This document shows, in pieces, positions 8,275 to 18,735 of a stretch of DNA of 64,000 bases. This DNA is from an uncultured bacterium (GTDB lineage: Bacteria; Oederibacteriota; Oederibacteriia; Oederibacteriales; Oederibacteriaceae), in the NCBI GenBank assembly GCA_965112635.1, contig OZ218778.1, positions 1,792,001 to 1,856,000 on the forward strand, in the 5' to 3' direction. The notes under the pieces were generated by a model. The model searched no databases and was not told where the DNA came from. It saw nothing but the letters and a program-made list of their open reading frames with translations. The position numbers and the translations under genes are program-made. Numbering within the stretch: the stretch's first letter is position 1; each line of letters begins with the position of its first letter.

Positions 8275-10650
8275 ATGAGAGTTTCCTTTGAGTGGTTAAA
8301 AGAGCTGGTTTCTTTAACCTGCTCTCCCGAGGAGCTGGCAGGCTTGTTTCCCCATCTGGGGCTCGGGGTGGAAAAGGTCATAAAATTGGGCGAAAGTCTG
8401 GACAAGGTCGTTGTTGGCCAGATCTTGGAGATCAAGCCCCATCCGGGAGCTGACCGTTTGGTGTTATGCCAAGTAAACGTCGGCACTGCCAATAATCTTG
8501 CTATCGTTTGCGGGGCAAAGAACATGCAAGTCCATGATAAAGTACCCGTCGCCCTGGAGGGTGCGGAACTGCCCGGAGGGATTAAGATTAAGCGTTCCAA
8601 GATTAGGGGCGAAGAGTCGGAAGGGATGTTATGCTCAGCCAAGGAGTTGGGTTTGAGCGAGGATGCTCAGGGTGTCCTTATCCTCAAGGATGGTAAGCTG
8701 GGTGATGATATAAAGGAGACGCTAGGACTTCATGATGTTATCTTTGATCTGGAAGTGACTCCCAACAGGCCGGATTATCTGGGGGTCGTTGGTATTGCCA
8801 GAGAATTGGCTGCGTTCTTTAAATTACCCCTTAAAATGCCTATATTTTTGGTATCGGAATCGAATAAAAAGGCTTCAGAGGCAGCTCGCGTTATGATCGA
8901 GGACCCCGACCTTTGCAGACGATATGCTGCCAGGGTGATCAGTAACATTAAGATTGGGCCGTCTCCGGAATGGTTGTGCCGACGCTTGGAAGCCGTTGGA
9001 CTCAGAAGCGTTAATAGCGTGGTGGATGTGACCAATCTTGTGCTTTTTGAATGGGGACATCCTCTGCATGCCTTTGATTACAACAAGGTCAAAGACCACC
9101 AGATCGTGGTGAGGCGTGCTAAAAAGGGTGAAAAGTTATCACTTTTAGATCAGTCCACCAAGGAGTTAAATCCACAGGTTTTAGTCATTGCTGACAGCCA
9201 AAATCCCTTGGCTCTGGCGGGTATCATGGGAGGGACAGAATCCGCTGTCAGCGACTCTACGGAGCAGATTTTGTTAGAAAGCGCTTATTTTAACCCGGCC
9301 ACGATACGCAAAACCTCAAAGAGCCTCGGGGTAAGTTCAGATTCCTCTTATCGGTTCGAGAGGGGCGCAGACCCGGAGGGCCTTATCGAAGCTCTGGACA
9401 GAGCCGCCAGGTTGATCCAGGAAATTGCAGGAGGAGAAATTTACCAGGGCAGAGTGGATTGTTATCCGCAGAAATTTGCAAGGAAGACCATTAGCCTCCG
9501 GGTAGGCAGAGCCAATGCATTCCTGGGTGTCCAGCTGGCCAGTGAAGAGGCGCAAGATATCTTAAAAAGACTTTCTTATAAAGTCAGCGGTAAGGACCCC
9601 TTAAAAGTTGAGGTTCCAAGCTTCCGCCGAGATATCACCGAAGAGATCGACCTGGTCGAGGATATAGCCCAGCTTTACGGTTATGGCCGCATCCCAACTT
9701 CTTTGCCACGCACTTTTTTGTTAGAGAAGGATCTGAGGAATCCGGTCTATATTGATATTAGGATCAAAAGGCAATTAGCTTCCTATGGTTTGTTTGAGGT
9801 CGTCAGTGGAAGTTTAATATACTCCAAAAGGATAGAATCTCTGGCCGATAGCGGGGAAATTGTGAAGATCAAAAATCCTTTAACAGAAGACCGCGATGCC
9901 CTGCGGCCAAATTTATTGGTCTGCTTATTGGACGACTTGGCCCTCAACGCTCGGCAAGACCAAGCGAACCTGGGAATCTTCGAACTGGGAAAAGTCTTTT
10001 CAGCAGGCCAACCGATTCCCCGTGAAAGAAAGAAAATGGGTATCGCGCTCATGGGATTCCAGGAGAGGGGGGAGGGAGTAGCCTATAAGGATGGAGATTA
10101 TTTTACTCTAAAAGGAATGATTGAGAACCTATTGGGTTTCCTCGGCCTCCAAGAGGTAGCCTTTCAAGAGTGCAAGAATCCCTGGTTTCTTCCGGTCTGT
10201 TCAGCGGAAATTGTTGTGAAAGGCAAAAAGATGGGAGTACTTGGAGAAATTCCCCAATCTTTGCTGCGCAAAAATGATATCAAGAAAAGGGTATTCTTTA
10301 GTGAGATAGATTTAGAAGAGATTTATTCTATGGTAAACTTTAACAAGGTTTTCAAGGGCTGGCCTAAATTTCCTTGCGTCAAGCGCGATGTCGCCGTTGT
10401 GGTTCCAAAGGACTTGCCAGCGGCCCGTGTCCTTGATTTAATTAAAACCGAAGGGTCTCCTCTTGTTGAAGAAGTGTCATTGTTTGACGTGTATGAGGGC
10501 GCATCCATACCTGAGGATAAGAAAAGCCTAGCTTTTGCTATTTCATACCGTTCAAAAGAGCGGACCCTTACGGATGCAGAGGTAAATCAGAAACACGATC
10601 TTATCGTTAATAAAGTTAAAGAGAAGTTTCAGGCTCAGATTAGGGTCTAG
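8275..10650 (+). CDS. pheT: Phenylalanine--tRNA ligase beta subunit
   Basis: HPGADRL, IVCGAKN, SEGMLCSAKELG, TPNRPD, YRFERG, and a C-terminal FDX-ACB domain (LFDVYEG...KKSLAF...ERTLTD). Confidence 0.98.
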   Translation: MRVSFEWLKELVSLTCSPEELAGLFPHLGLGVEKVIKLGESLDKVVVGQILEIKPHPGADRLVLCQVNVGTANNLAIVCGAKNMQVHDKVPVALEGAELPGGIKIKRSKIRGEESEGMLCSAKELGLSEDAQGVLILKDGKLGDDIKETLGLHDVIFDLEVTPNRPDYLGVVGIARELAAFFKLPLKMPIFLVSESNKKASEAARVMIEDPDLCRRYAARVISNIKIGPSPEWLCRRLEAVGLRSVNSVVDVTNLVLFEWGHPLHAFDYNKVKDHQIVVRRAKKGEKLSLLDQSTKELNPQVLVIADSQNPLALAGIMGGTESAVSDSTEQILLESAYFNPATIRKTSKSLGVSSDSSYRFERGADPEGLIEALDRAARLIQEIAGGEIYQGRVDCYPQKFARKTISLRVGRANAFLGVQLASEEAQDILKRLSYKVSGKDPLKVEVPSFRRDITEEIDLVEDIAQLYGYGRIPTSLPRTFLLEKDLRNPVYIDIRIKRQLASYGLFEVVSGSLIYSKRIESLADSGEIVKIKNPLTEDRDALRPNLLVCLLDDLALNARQDQANLGIFELGKVFSAGQPIPRERKKMGIALMGFQERGEGVAYKDGDYFTLKGMIENLLGFLGLQEVAFQECKNPWFLPVCSAEIVVKGKKMGVLGEIPQSLLRKNDIKKRVFFSEIDLEEIYSMVNFNKVFKGWPKFPCVKRDVAVVVPKDLPAARVLDLIKTEGSPLVEEVSLFDVYEGASIPEDKKSLAFAISYRSKERTLTDAEVNQKHDLIVNKVKEKFQAQIRV

Positions 10651-10688
10651 GCATTAGGATGAGGGATCATCTCGTTGAATAGGAGGTT

Positions 10689-11024
10689 ATGGGGATGTGG
10701 CAGAAGTTTGAAGAGCAGCTGCAAGAGCTGTTTGACAAAATTGAACAGTTAAAAAAAGAGAATGACAGCCTAAAAAATGACGCGATGAGAGCCAAGGCTT
10801 CCCTGAACGAGAAAGATCAACTTCTGGAAACAAGCATGACGGAGATAGAGGAGAAGATTAAAATCCTGGAAGAGTCGAACGAGATGCTCAGCAGAGAGAA
10901 AGCAGGTCTGGAAAGAAAAAGTTTGGAAATGGGCAAAAGGCAAGATAGGGCAAAAGAAAAGATTGATGCCTTAATTTCCCACCTCAATGAACTGACCCAA
11001 GAAAGGCGAGAAGAAAATGTCTGA
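10689..11024 (+). CDS. Coiled-coil protein, ZapB-like
   Basis: Continuous heptad-rich sequence located between pheT and zapA, the usual zapB position. Confidence 0.55.
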   Translation: MGMWQKFEEQLQELFDKIEQLKKENDSLKNDAMRAKASLNEKDQLLETSMTEIEEKIKILEESNEMLSREKAGLERKSLEMGKRQDRAKEKIDALISHLNELTQERREENV

Positions 11025-11469
11025 ATCCAGGCCTTCCGTACGGGTGAACATTTTTAATAAGGAATATTTGATCAAAGGGGACGCGGACGTCGAATACATA
11101 GAAAGCTTAGCTAGGTATGTGGACGCGAAAATGCGGGAGATCGCCGGGAGCACAACCCTTTCTTCAGAGTTGAAGGTTTCCATTTTGGCGGCTGTGAATA
11201 TCACCGATGAACTCCACCGCCTGAAGAAAGAACATAAGACAGAGATTGAACGGCTGAAAACATCTTATGAAAAACAGAAGGAAACGTTGGCCCTTGAACT
11301 GGAAGAACAAAAGGACCGGCTCATGAAAAGCCTGGAGGAGGGCCATGAGAAAAAGGTGGAAGATCTTGTTGGCCTAAAAGAGAAAGAAAAGAATGAGTTG
11401 ATGGAAGGGATTCAGAAGAAGATAGATATCCTGACAAATTTAATCGATGAAAAATTGGATACACTATAA
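11017..11469 (+). CDS. zapA: Cell division protein ZapA with C-terminal coiled-coil extension
   Basis: VNIFNKEYLIK...LARYVDAKMREI...ILAAVNITDEL. Confidence 0.88.
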   Translation: MSESRPSVRVNIFNKEYLIKGDADVEYIESLARYVDAKMREIAGSTTLSSELKVSILAAVNITDELHRLKKEHKTEIERLKTSYEKQKETLALELEEQKDRLMKSLEEGHEKKVEDLVGLKEKEKNELMEGIQKKIDILTNLIDEKLDTL

Positions 11470-11552
11470 TTTTGTCTTCTTAAATTTAAGTTTGACGACG
11501 CGTTTTCATTCTAATCAACATTGAGTCGACCGCTTGTTTTCATTTGTTCGGG

Positions 11553-11561
11553 TGCTATAAT
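11553..11561 (+). promoter_or_regulatory. Extended -10 promoter for 6S RNA
   Basis: TGCTATAAT about 10 nt upstream of the RNA closing stem. Confidence 0.6.
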
Positions 11562-11570
11562 TTAATCATA

Positions 11571-11759
11571 AAAATTCCCTGCGGTGTTCGTGATGAAATG
11601 ACGAGTTTTGAGCCAACACCTTTTTGGAAGGGACCCGACCTCTAAAAGCAGTGTGCATACCTTGACTCAGGTTGAGGCAGCCTAATGCTTTTTCGGGGGT
11701 ACCCACTTATTCATTAAGGTTCAAAAACCAAGTTTCACACGGCACAGGTGGGGAATTTT
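11571..11759 (+). ncRNA. ssrS: 6S RNA
   Basis: About 190 nt intergenic; closing stem AAAATTCCC...GGGAATTTT, 5' CCCTGCGGTGTTCG, internal TTTTGAGCC/GGTTCAAAA pairing; zapA upstream and 5-FTHF cyclo-ligase downstream match known 6S synteny. Confidence 0.85.
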
Positions 11760-11775
11760 TATTTTGGGGAAAGAC

Positions 11776-13143
11776 ATGGACCTTTTTGACAAGGAAGCCT
11801 TTATAAACAAAAACCCAGCCCGAGAACTTATCCCATCCAAGGACGCCCCATTAGCGAAAAGAATCTGTCCGGTGGATTTGGCTGACCTAGTGGGACAACC
11901 CCATTTGCTGGGGGAAGGCAAATTACTTCGCAGGCTTATCGAGTCAGACCGCCTCGTCTCCATCATCCTTTATGGACCTCCGGGCACAGGAAAGACCGCA
12001 TTGTGTAACGTGATTGCGCACAGGACCGGCGCTTACGTAGAACGGCTCAACGCCACTTTGGCGGGTGTTGAGGAGGTGCGGAACATTATCAGGGCCGCCA
12101 AAGAGCGGGCCCAATACTCATCTCAAAGAACCATCCTGTTCGTCGATGAAATACACCGTTTTAATAAAGCCCAGCAGGACGCTTTTTTGCCTGATGTCGA
12201 AGGAGGCACTATTATTCTGCTGGGTTGCACGACCCAAAACCCATTTTTTTCGATCAACCCGGCCTTACTTTCGAGGTCTCAGATATTTGAGTTCAAACCA
12301 CTGTCAGAGGGCGAGCTTAGATCCATCATTCAAAAAGCCTTAAGAGACAAAGAGAATGGGCTGGGAAATCTCAATATCAAGATCCAAGAGGAAGCGATAC
12401 GGCATTTGCTAACCGGAACAGAAGGGGACGCCAGACAATTGTTAAACGCCTTGGAGGTAGGTACCCTGACGACTGATCCTGACAAGGATGGACGGATTTA
12501 TATAACAGTGGCCGTGGCCGAGGAGTGCCTTCAGAAGAAAAGGGTGATCTATGACAGCAATGAGGACTCACATTACGACACCATCTCGGCCTTTATTAAA
12601 AGTTTGAGAGGTTCTGATCCGGACGCTGCCTTGTATTGGATGGCGAAGATGCTTTATGCGGGCGAGGATCCCCGTTTTATAGCCAGGCGCCTGGTCATTG
12701 CCGCTGCCGAAGATGTGGGGAATGCCGATCCAAGAGCCTTGCAGGTAGCGACCGCGGCTTTTCAGGCCCTGGAGTGGATAGGACTTCCGGAGGCCAGGAT
12801 CCCGTTGGCCCAAGCTGTCACCTACATCGCCTGTGCCCCCAAAAGCAATGCGTCATGCGTGGGGATTGATAGGGCCTGGAAAGATGTTTCTGAAAAGCCC
12901 CTATTGTCGGTGCCCAATCATCTCAGGGATGCCCATTATAAAGGAGCGAAAAAATTGGGCAGAGGGGAGGGGTATATTTATCCCCATGAAGACCCCTTGG
13001 GTTATGTTGAACAAAACTATTTGCCAGAGAAGAAAACGTATTATGTACCCAAAGAGGTCGGATATGAAAGTATCTTGAAAAAGAGATTAGAAGATATCAA
13101 GAAATATACAAAATCGAAGAATAAACAGGAAGAAGTGAAATGA
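11776..13143 (+). CDS. rarA: Replication-associated recombination protein A (AAA+ ATPase, MgsA/RarA)
   Basis: [49 protein letters not shown]. Confidence 0.95.
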   Translation: MDLFDKEAFINKNPARELIPSKDAPLAKRICPVDLADLVGQPHLLGEGKLLRRLIESDRLVSIILYGPPGTGKTALCNVIAHRTGAYVERLNATLAGVEEVRNIIRAAKERAQYSSQRTILFVDEIHRFNKAQQDAFLPDVEGGTIILLGCTTQNPFFSINPALLSRSQIFEFKPLSEGELRSIIQKALRDKENGLGNLNIKIQEEAIRHLLTGTEGDARQLLNALEVGTLTTDPDKDGRIYITVAVAEECLQKKRVIYDSNEDSHYDTISAFIKSLRGSDPDAALYWMAKMLYAGEDPRFIARRLVIAAAEDVGNADPRALQVATAAFQALEWIGLPEARIPLAQAVTYIACAPKSNASCVGIDRAWKDVSEKPLLSVPNHLRDAHYKGAKKLGRGEGYIYPHEDPLGYVEQNYLPEKKTYYVPKEVGYESILKKRLEDIKKYTKSKNKQEEVK

Positions 13144-13733
13144 CTAAAGAAAAGCTTAGACAAAAAATGCTGGCTCTTAGGTTAAATCAGATTCCTTTAA
13201 CCAAGAAGCGCAAAAGCCTTCTTGTTTCCAAGAATTTATTCAGTCTTTCTTGTTACAGCGAGTCGCGGAATATCATGGTTTATTTTGATTTTAAGGGTGA
13301 AATCAATACAGGTCTGATCATACAGGAAGCATTGAAAGAGGGTAAGAAAGTTCTTTTTCCAGATATAATCCCAAAAACAAGAAAACTAAATGTTTTTGAG
13401 TTGAGGAATTTTAAAAAAGGATTTAAAAAGGGCTATTTTGGCATTCCAGAACCTGTTCAAATGTCCAAAAGGGTTTTTCCGTATTCGAAGATAGATATTG
13501 TTTTAGTTCCCGGAATTGCTTTTGATTATAAGGGTTTCCGAATAGGTTTTGGAGGTGGTTATTACGACCGTTTTCTCAGATTATTACCCAAAAGAGCTAT
13601 AAAAGTCGGGTTGGCTTATGACTGGCAATTGGTTCAAAGAGTTAGCCATGAAAAGCACGATATTTGTTTAGATTTATTAGTCACTAATGAGCAAATCGTT
13701 ATTATTAACAAGGCAATGCTAAAAAACCTTTAA
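13140..13733 (+). CDS. 5-formyltetrahydrofolate cyclo-ligase
   Basis: GIPEP, DIVLVPGIAFD..GFRIGFGGGYYDR, HDICLD. Confidence 0.95.
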   Translation: MTKEKLRQKMLALRLNQIPLTKKRKSLLVSKNLFSLSCYSESRNIMVYFDFKGEINTGLIIQEALKEGKKVLFPDIIPKTRKLNVFELRNFKKGFKKGYFGIPEPVQMSKRVFPYSKIDIVLVPGIAFDYKGFRIGFGGGYYDRFLRLLPKRAIKVGLAYDWQLVQRVSHEKHDICLDLLVTNEQIVIINKAMLKNL

Positions 13734-13747
13734 TTTCCTTGCAAAAG

Positions 13748-13775
13748 TTGACTTCACTAAGGTATTTGCTATAAT
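13748..13775 (+). promoter_or_regulatory. sigma70-type promoter for HU
   Basis: TTGACT-16 bp-TATAAT with an extended -10 TG. Confidence 0.6.
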
Positions 13776-13813
13776 TCACCATCATTTTCAAATTTAATAA
13801 AAGGGGAGGATAT

Positions 13814-14086
13814 ATGACTAAAAGTGAGTTGCACAAGAGTATCGCTGAGGATGTCAACCTCAAGAAAAGCGATATTCAAAGGGTGATGGAGTCCTTAAAT
13901 AAGCATATCTACAATACCCTTAAAAAAGAAAGGAAATGCAAATTAGACGGCCTGGGAATCTTTGCCGTTAAAGATAGAAAAGCCCGCCAAGCCAGAAATC
14001 CTAAAACGGGTGAAATCGTCAATGTTCCGGCCAAAACAGTTGTGAAATTCAGGGTTGGGAAAGACCTCAAAGCCGTAGTTCTTTAA
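13814..14086 (+). CDS. hup: HU family DNA-binding protein
   Basis: MTKSEL...GLGIF...RKARQARNPKTGE...VKFRVGKDLK; strong GGGGAGG RBS. Confidence 0.93.
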   Translation: MTKSELHKSIAEDVNLKKSDIQRVMESLNKHIYNTLKKERKCKLDGLGIFAVKDRKARQARNPKTGEIVNVPAKTVVKFRVGKDLKAVVL

Positions 14087-14225
14087 TTAAATAGGCCTTG
14101 CCAATTCAGAACTTTTAACAGCAAGTATTTTTGATCGTTTTTGGCTTAAGAATATTTATAAAAGTGAGGCAACTTTAAGAGGGACATTTGTCCATTTTTC
14201 TCAAAGTTGAATTTACAGCAAATTC

Positions 14226-14267
14226 ATAGCCCTATTTCCTGCTTGTCCTGGGAAATAGGGCTATTTT
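14226..14267 (+). terminator. Intrinsic terminator after HU / before proB
   Basis: 14-bp perfect stem ATAGCCCTATTTCC / GGAAATAGGGCTAT followed by TTT. Confidence 0.7.
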
Positions 14268-14306
14268 GTAATAATTGATTGTAATTATTAGGAAAAGGGT
14301 ATTCCT

Positions 14307-15434
14307 ATGGTCGAATTGAAGGAAACTTTAAATCAGGTTGAGCGGATTGTTATCAAAATTGGGTCTAGTTTACTGGCTAGCCATGAAGGCGGCCTGCACA
14401 AAAAATATATCCAGAATATTACAGACGATATATCAGCCCTGAAACAATCCTGTAAAGAAATTATCCTCGTTACTTCCGGGGCTATTGGTACAGGCATGGT
14501 GAGGCTGGGATTAACAAAAAGGCCTATCACTATCCCGGAAAAACAAGCGGTCGCTGCGGTTGGACAATGTTTGCTTATGAAAGAGTATGAAGAAGCTTTT
14601 AGACAACATGGTTATTTTGTGGGGCAATTGCTTCTGACCGCAGAAGATCTTTCCGATCGCCAGCGATACGCCAACGCCAGGCAAACCCTGTTGACCCTTC
14701 TAGGCAAAGGCATTGTTCCCATCATTAACGAGAATGACACGGTGGCTGTTGACGAGATAAAGTTCGGGGACAACGACCGGCTTTCGGCCCTGGTGACCAA
14801 TCTCGTTGGAGCCCATCTGCTTATCGTTCTTACGGATGTAGACGGATTTTATACCAGCGACCCCAGAAAGGACAAAAAAGCCTTGCCGATTCCCGTCGTG
14901 AATAAGATTACCCCTGAGCTTATGGCCCAGGCCGGAGGGACTGGTTCTTCTCACGGGACCGGAGGGATGACCACAAAGCTTTTGGCTGCCCAAATCGTCA
15001 ACCAAGCTGGGGTAGGAATGGTCATTGCCAACGGTTTGAAGCCAAAAATACTGTTAGAAATTTTCAGGGGAGAGAGGTGCGGGACCTTCTTTGCTCCAAC
15101 TGGAGATCGCATGGCTGGCCGAAAAAGGTGGATCGCTTTTTCCAAGAAAACCTCAGGAACCCTCACGGTTGACGAGGGGGCCAAGGAGGTTTTACGCTTT
15201 AAGGGTAAAAGCCTACTCCCTTCAGGTATCGTGAAAATAGAGGGAGACTTTGGCTTTGGCGATGCAGTCAATATCGTTTCCACGGAAGGCAATATTTTTG
15301 CGGTCGGTATGGTTAAATACAGTTCTATGGAGTTGGAAAAAATCAAAGGCAAACAGACCAAGGACATCGCCGGGATCTTGGGGCAGAAATTTTATGATGA
15401 AGTTGTCCACAGGGACGATCTGGTTATTTTGTAG
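14307..15434 (+). CDS. proB: Glutamate 5-kinase with PUA domain
   Basis: IKIGSS, AAVGQ, PIINENDTV, FGDNDRLSA, GTGGMTTKL, C-terminal PUA domain (VHRDDLV). Confidence 0.97.
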   Translation: MVELKETLNQVERIVIKIGSSLLASHEGGLHKKYIQNITDDISALKQSCKEIILVTSGAIGTGMVRLGLTKRPITIPEKQAVAAVGQCLLMKEYEEAFRQHGYFVGQLLLTAEDLSDRQRYANARQTLLTLLGKGIVPIINENDTVAVDEIKFGDNDRLSALVTNLVGAHLLIVLTDVDGFYTSDPRKDKKALPIPVVNKITPELMAQAGGTGSSHGTGGMTTKLLAAQIVNQAGVGMVIANGLKPKILLEIFRGERCGTFFAPTGDRMAGRKRWIAFSKKTSGTLTVDEGAKEVLRFKGKSLLPSGIVKIEGDFGFGDAVNIVSTEGNIFAVGMVKYSSMELEKIKGKQTKDIAGILGQKFYDEVVHRDDLVIL

Positions 15435-15483
15435 TTGGGAATTACACTCTTCCGGTGGTGGGTAAAATGATAAGGAATAATCC

Positions 15484-16743
15484 ATGACAGTTAAACAAAT
15501 GGTTTTGAAAAGAGCCCAGGAGGCAAAGCAGGCCAGTCCGACCTTGGCCAAATTATCCAGTGGGGTAAAGAACAAAGTCCTTGCGGCCATGGCCGATGCG
15601 TTAGAGCACCAGAAGGGCAAGATCCTAGAAGCCAACCAGAAGGATATCAAGGCAGCCGTGGGCCGCAAGCTATCCAAAGCACTCATCGACCGCTTGACTC
15701 TAAATAGCGAACGCATCAAGTCCATGGGCGAGAGTTTGATGACCATAAAGTCCCTGGCGGACCCTGTGGGGGAAATCGTAAAAATTTGGCGCCGGCCCAA
15801 CGGGCTTCAAGTGGGGCGGATGAGGGTCCCTCTGGGGGTAGTCGGAATCGTTTATGAGTCCAGGCCTAACGTCACCGTGGACGTGGCTGGCCTGTGTTTA
15901 AAATCAGGCAATGCCGTGGTCCTGAGAGGGGGTTCCGAAGCGTTTGGCAGCAATAAAGTCTTGGCCGAAATCCTCCAGGACGCCCTTAGAAAAGAAAATC
16001 TGCCGGCGGGCAGCGTCAGCTTTATCGAAAGCGTGGACCGCCAGGCTGTGGTGGAGATGCTCCGTCTGCGTTCTTTGATCGATGTGATCATCCCGCGGGG
16101 AGGCAGGCAACTTAATGATTTCGTTTCTACCCACAGCCTTGTACCGGTGATCCGCCACGACATCGGGAACTGCCACGTTTTTATCGACTCAGACGCGGAC
16201 CTGGAAATGGCCGAAAAGATATCTTTTAACGCAAAAGTCCAGCGTCCCGGAGTTTGTAACGCCATGGAAACTCTTTTAGTCCACAAGAATATTGCCAAGA
16301 AGTTTTTGCCGAAAATGGTCAGAAAGTATCAACAGGCCGGAGTGGAGATCCGGGGCGATGATGCTGTCCGAAAATATTGCCGCGGGATCCAGCGAGCCAC
16401 AGAGAAGGATTGGTACACGGAATATCTGGATCTCATTCTGGCGGTCAAGGTGGTCGCGAATATTGATGAGGCTATGGCCCATATCGCCAAATATGGTTCT
16501 AGCCATACGGAGGCTATTGTCACTCGGACCTATGAGCATGCCCAAAGGTTCCTGAGAGAGGTTGACTCAGCCTGCGTGATGGTCAATGCTTCCACCAGGT
16601 TTACGGACGGCGGACAATTTGGCCTTGGTGCTGAAATGGGGATCAGCACCCAGAAGTTGCATGCCCGGGGGCCAATGGCCTTGGAAGAATTAACTTGTCT
16701 GAAATACATAGTCTATGGGAACGGCCAGATCAGGGAGTCGTGA
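15484..16743 (+). CDS. proA: Gamma-glutamyl phosphate reductase
   Basis: IVYESRPNVT, IPRGG, CNAMETLL, NASTRFTDG, GISTQKLHARGP. Confidence 0.97.
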   Translation: MTVKQMVLKRAQEAKQASPTLAKLSSGVKNKVLAAMADALEHQKGKILEANQKDIKAAVGRKLSKALIDRLTLNSERIKSMGESLMTIKSLADPVGEIVKIWRRPNGLQVGRMRVPLGVVGIVYESRPNVTVDVAGLCLKSGNAVVLRGGSEAFGSNKVLAEILQDALRKENLPAGSVSFIESVDRQAVVEMLRLRSLIDVIIPRGGRQLNDFVSTHSLVPVIRHDIGNCHVFIDSDADLEMAEKISFNAKVQRPGVCNAMETLLVHKNIAKKFLPKMVRKYQQAGVEIRGDDAVRKYCRGIQRATEKDWYTEYLDLILAVKVVANIDEAMAHIAKYGSSHTEAIVTRTYEHAQRFLREVDSACVMVNASTRFTDGGQFGLGAEMGISTQKLHARGPMALEELTCLKYIVYGNGQIRES

Positions 16744-16757
16744 CCGCAAAGGACAAT

Positions 16758-17384
16758 ATGATCAGTCACCGGGGATCCGTGGGGATATTTGGAGGGACAT
16801 TCAATCCAATCCATCTGGGCCATTTGCTGGTCGCCCAGGAAGTCAGGGAAAAATATGGTCTAAAACAGGTAGTTTTCATCCCTGTTTATTTGCCGCCCCA
16901 TAAGAGCGCTAAGGGTGTCATTGAGCCCAAGCACCGTCTCAATATGATTAAAAAAGCCATCCAGGGTAACCCCTATTTTAAAGTTTCAAACGTGGAAATC
17001 GCCAGGAAAGGAAAGTCATATACTTTCGATACTATTCAATTTTTTCGGCGTCGCCTAGGGAAGGGTGCGCCGCTTTTCTTTATCACCGGTTCAGATGCCC
17101 TTAATACCCTGCATCATTGGTATAAGATTGAGCAGCTGCTGGCGCTGTGCCAGTTCATTATTGTACCCAGGCCGGGGCATCCCATGCCTCCGGCGAAAAG
17201 GTTTCTCGCCCAGCGTTTATTTAGCAAGAAGATGCTGGAAAGGATCCATTACACCAAACTCAAAGTCGTGGATATCTCTTCATCTGAAATAAGAAGGATG
17301 GTCCGGGACAAGAGAGATGTTTCCTATCTTGTCTCAAAGCCGATCGCAGATTATATGAAGAGCCATCAGCTCTATAAAAATTAA
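16758..17384 (+). CDS. nadD: Nicotinate-nucleotide adenylyltransferase
   Basis: GIFGGTFNPIHLGH, PPHK, SYTFDT, FITGSD, ISSSEIR; start could be GTG 16740. Confidence 0.95.
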   Translation: MISHRGSVGIFGGTFNPIHLGHLLVAQEVREKYGLKQVVFIPVYLPPHKSAKGVIEPKHRLNMIKKAIQGNPYFKVSNVEIARKGKSYTFDTIQFFRRRLGKGAPLFFITGSDALNTLHHWYKIEQLLALCQFIIVPRPGHPMPPAKRFLAQRLFSKKMLERIHYTKLKVVDISSSEIRRMVRDKRDVSYLVSKPIADYMKSHQLYKN

Positions 17385-17394
17385 GTCAAGCGAG

Positions 17395-17763
17395 GTGATC
17401 GCCGTTAGAAGCAAGCCCGTCAATCAAGAATTGGTGACCACGGTCCTTAAAGCCACTGACGATAAGCAAGCCCATGATGTTGTGCTTTTAGATGTCAGAA
17501 AATTGACCTATTTGACCGACTACCTGCTTATTTGCCATGGCCATGCCAGGACCCATATTCAAGCCATAGCCGATGAATTAAGGACCAAGCTCAAAGCGAT
17601 GGGGCTGGGTTATGGGAGGATGGAGCGGGACAAGGGAGAAACCTGGATCCTGTTGGATTTTAACGAAATTATTTGCCATATTTTTTCAAAGGAAGCTAGG
17701 GAGTTCTATGCTCTGGAGAAGTTTTGGGATGAAGCTCATAAAATCAATGGTAGGATACATTAA
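17395..17763 (+). CDS. rsfS: Ribosome silencing factor RsfS (Iojap)
   Basis: DKQAHDVVLLD, TDYLLIC, WILLDF, REFYALEKFW; nadD-rsfS synteny. Confidence 0.93.
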   Translation: MIAVRSKPVNQELVTTVLKATDDKQAHDVVLLDVRKLTYLTDYLLICHGHARTHIQAIADELRTKLKAMGLGYGRMERDKGETWILLDFNEIICHIFSKEAREFYALEKFWDEAHKINGRIH

Positions 17764-17795
17764 TGAATTATGATTCTATTTTCAGGGGGTGGAGC

Positions 17796-18548
17796 ATGAG
17801 GCAGATAAAGGTCGTATCCATATTTTTGTTGATGGCAGTCCTTTTAGGGGGGCTTGTCCCAGTATCCGTTTTTGGCAAGGATGAAGACACGAAGCGTGTA
17901 GCCACAAATTTGTATGTCGTGGATATCCCTACTGCGAACACTTTATTAAGGGGCACTTATGATGCCTTTGCCAGGTTGTACGCTCCCGACGGCATTGTCG
18001 GTAGGTTTGTGATAGCCTTGAACGACCAGTTTCTTTTTGGTGGCGGTATCAACATGGAAAATATCATTGGTTCGGGGGATGTCCAGGCCCAAACTCCGCG
18101 TTTTATAGCTAAATGGAGAATTATTGCGGAGGATAAAAATATCCCTGCCTGCGCCATAGGTTATGATGGGTTGGGTTATGGTGACTATAATTCTGATTCT
18201 GGGGTTTGGCAGCACAAGCAAAAAGGTTTTTATGGCGCAGTGACCAAAGAGTTCAGTAGTTTTGGAATCTTCCAATTGACGTGTGGAATGAGCAGGGTGG
18301 ATAGTCGTGTTTATGACCCCCAGCGGGATATCACGGCATTTGCGGGTCTGGCTGCGGCTATTATCAAAGAAGTAGCTCTAAATGTGGAATATGATGATTG
18401 GTTTAATACTCAGGGCGGAGAATTTAATGTCGGGCTTGGTTATAATTTTGACCCTGCCATGAAGCTGGAATTTGATCTCGAGGATATCGGAAGAGCCGGG
18501 GATTCCCTGGAGCGCACTTTAAAGATCGAATATTGCAATTACATTTAG
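17796..18548 (+). CDS. Secreted, probable outer-membrane beta-barrel (YjbH-domain-like)
   Basis: Signal peptide, VDIPTANTL..G motif, alternating beta-strand pattern (GFYGAVTK, LNVEYD, FNVGLGY); ATG 17796 after GGTGGAG (alternative 17763). Confidence 0.55.
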   Translation: MRQIKVVSIFLLMAVLLGGLVPVSVFGKDEDTKRVATNLYVVDIPTANTLLRGTYDAFARLYAPDGIVGRFVIALNDQFLFGGGINMENIIGSGDVQAQTPRFIAKWRIIAEDKNIPACAIGYDGLGYGDYNSDSGVWQHKQKGFYGAVTKEFSSFGIFQLTCGMSRVDSRVYDPQRDITAFAGLAAAIIKEVALNVEYDDWFNTQGGEFNVGLGYNFDPAMKLEFDLEDIGRAGDSLERTLKIEYCNYI

Positions 18549-18608
18549 TGGCGAGATTTTCCCATATTTACAACCATTCTTGCTCTTTTTGTATTTTTAG
18601 CTACTTCG

Positions 18609-18637
18609 TTGACAAACGGTATTATGACAAGTAATAT
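18609..18637 (+). promoter_or_regulatory. sigma70-type promoter heading the motor locus
   Basis: TTGACA(18609-18614)-17 bp-TAATAT(18632-18637). Confidence 0.55.
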
Positions 18638-18735
18638 TCATTCAATACAGTAATTCATATTGTAAAATCAGCGTTTTCTGTTGTTTGGTTGAGTGCGTGG
18701 GGAAGTATTTTCCCTGAAAAAATAAAAAAGGGAAA

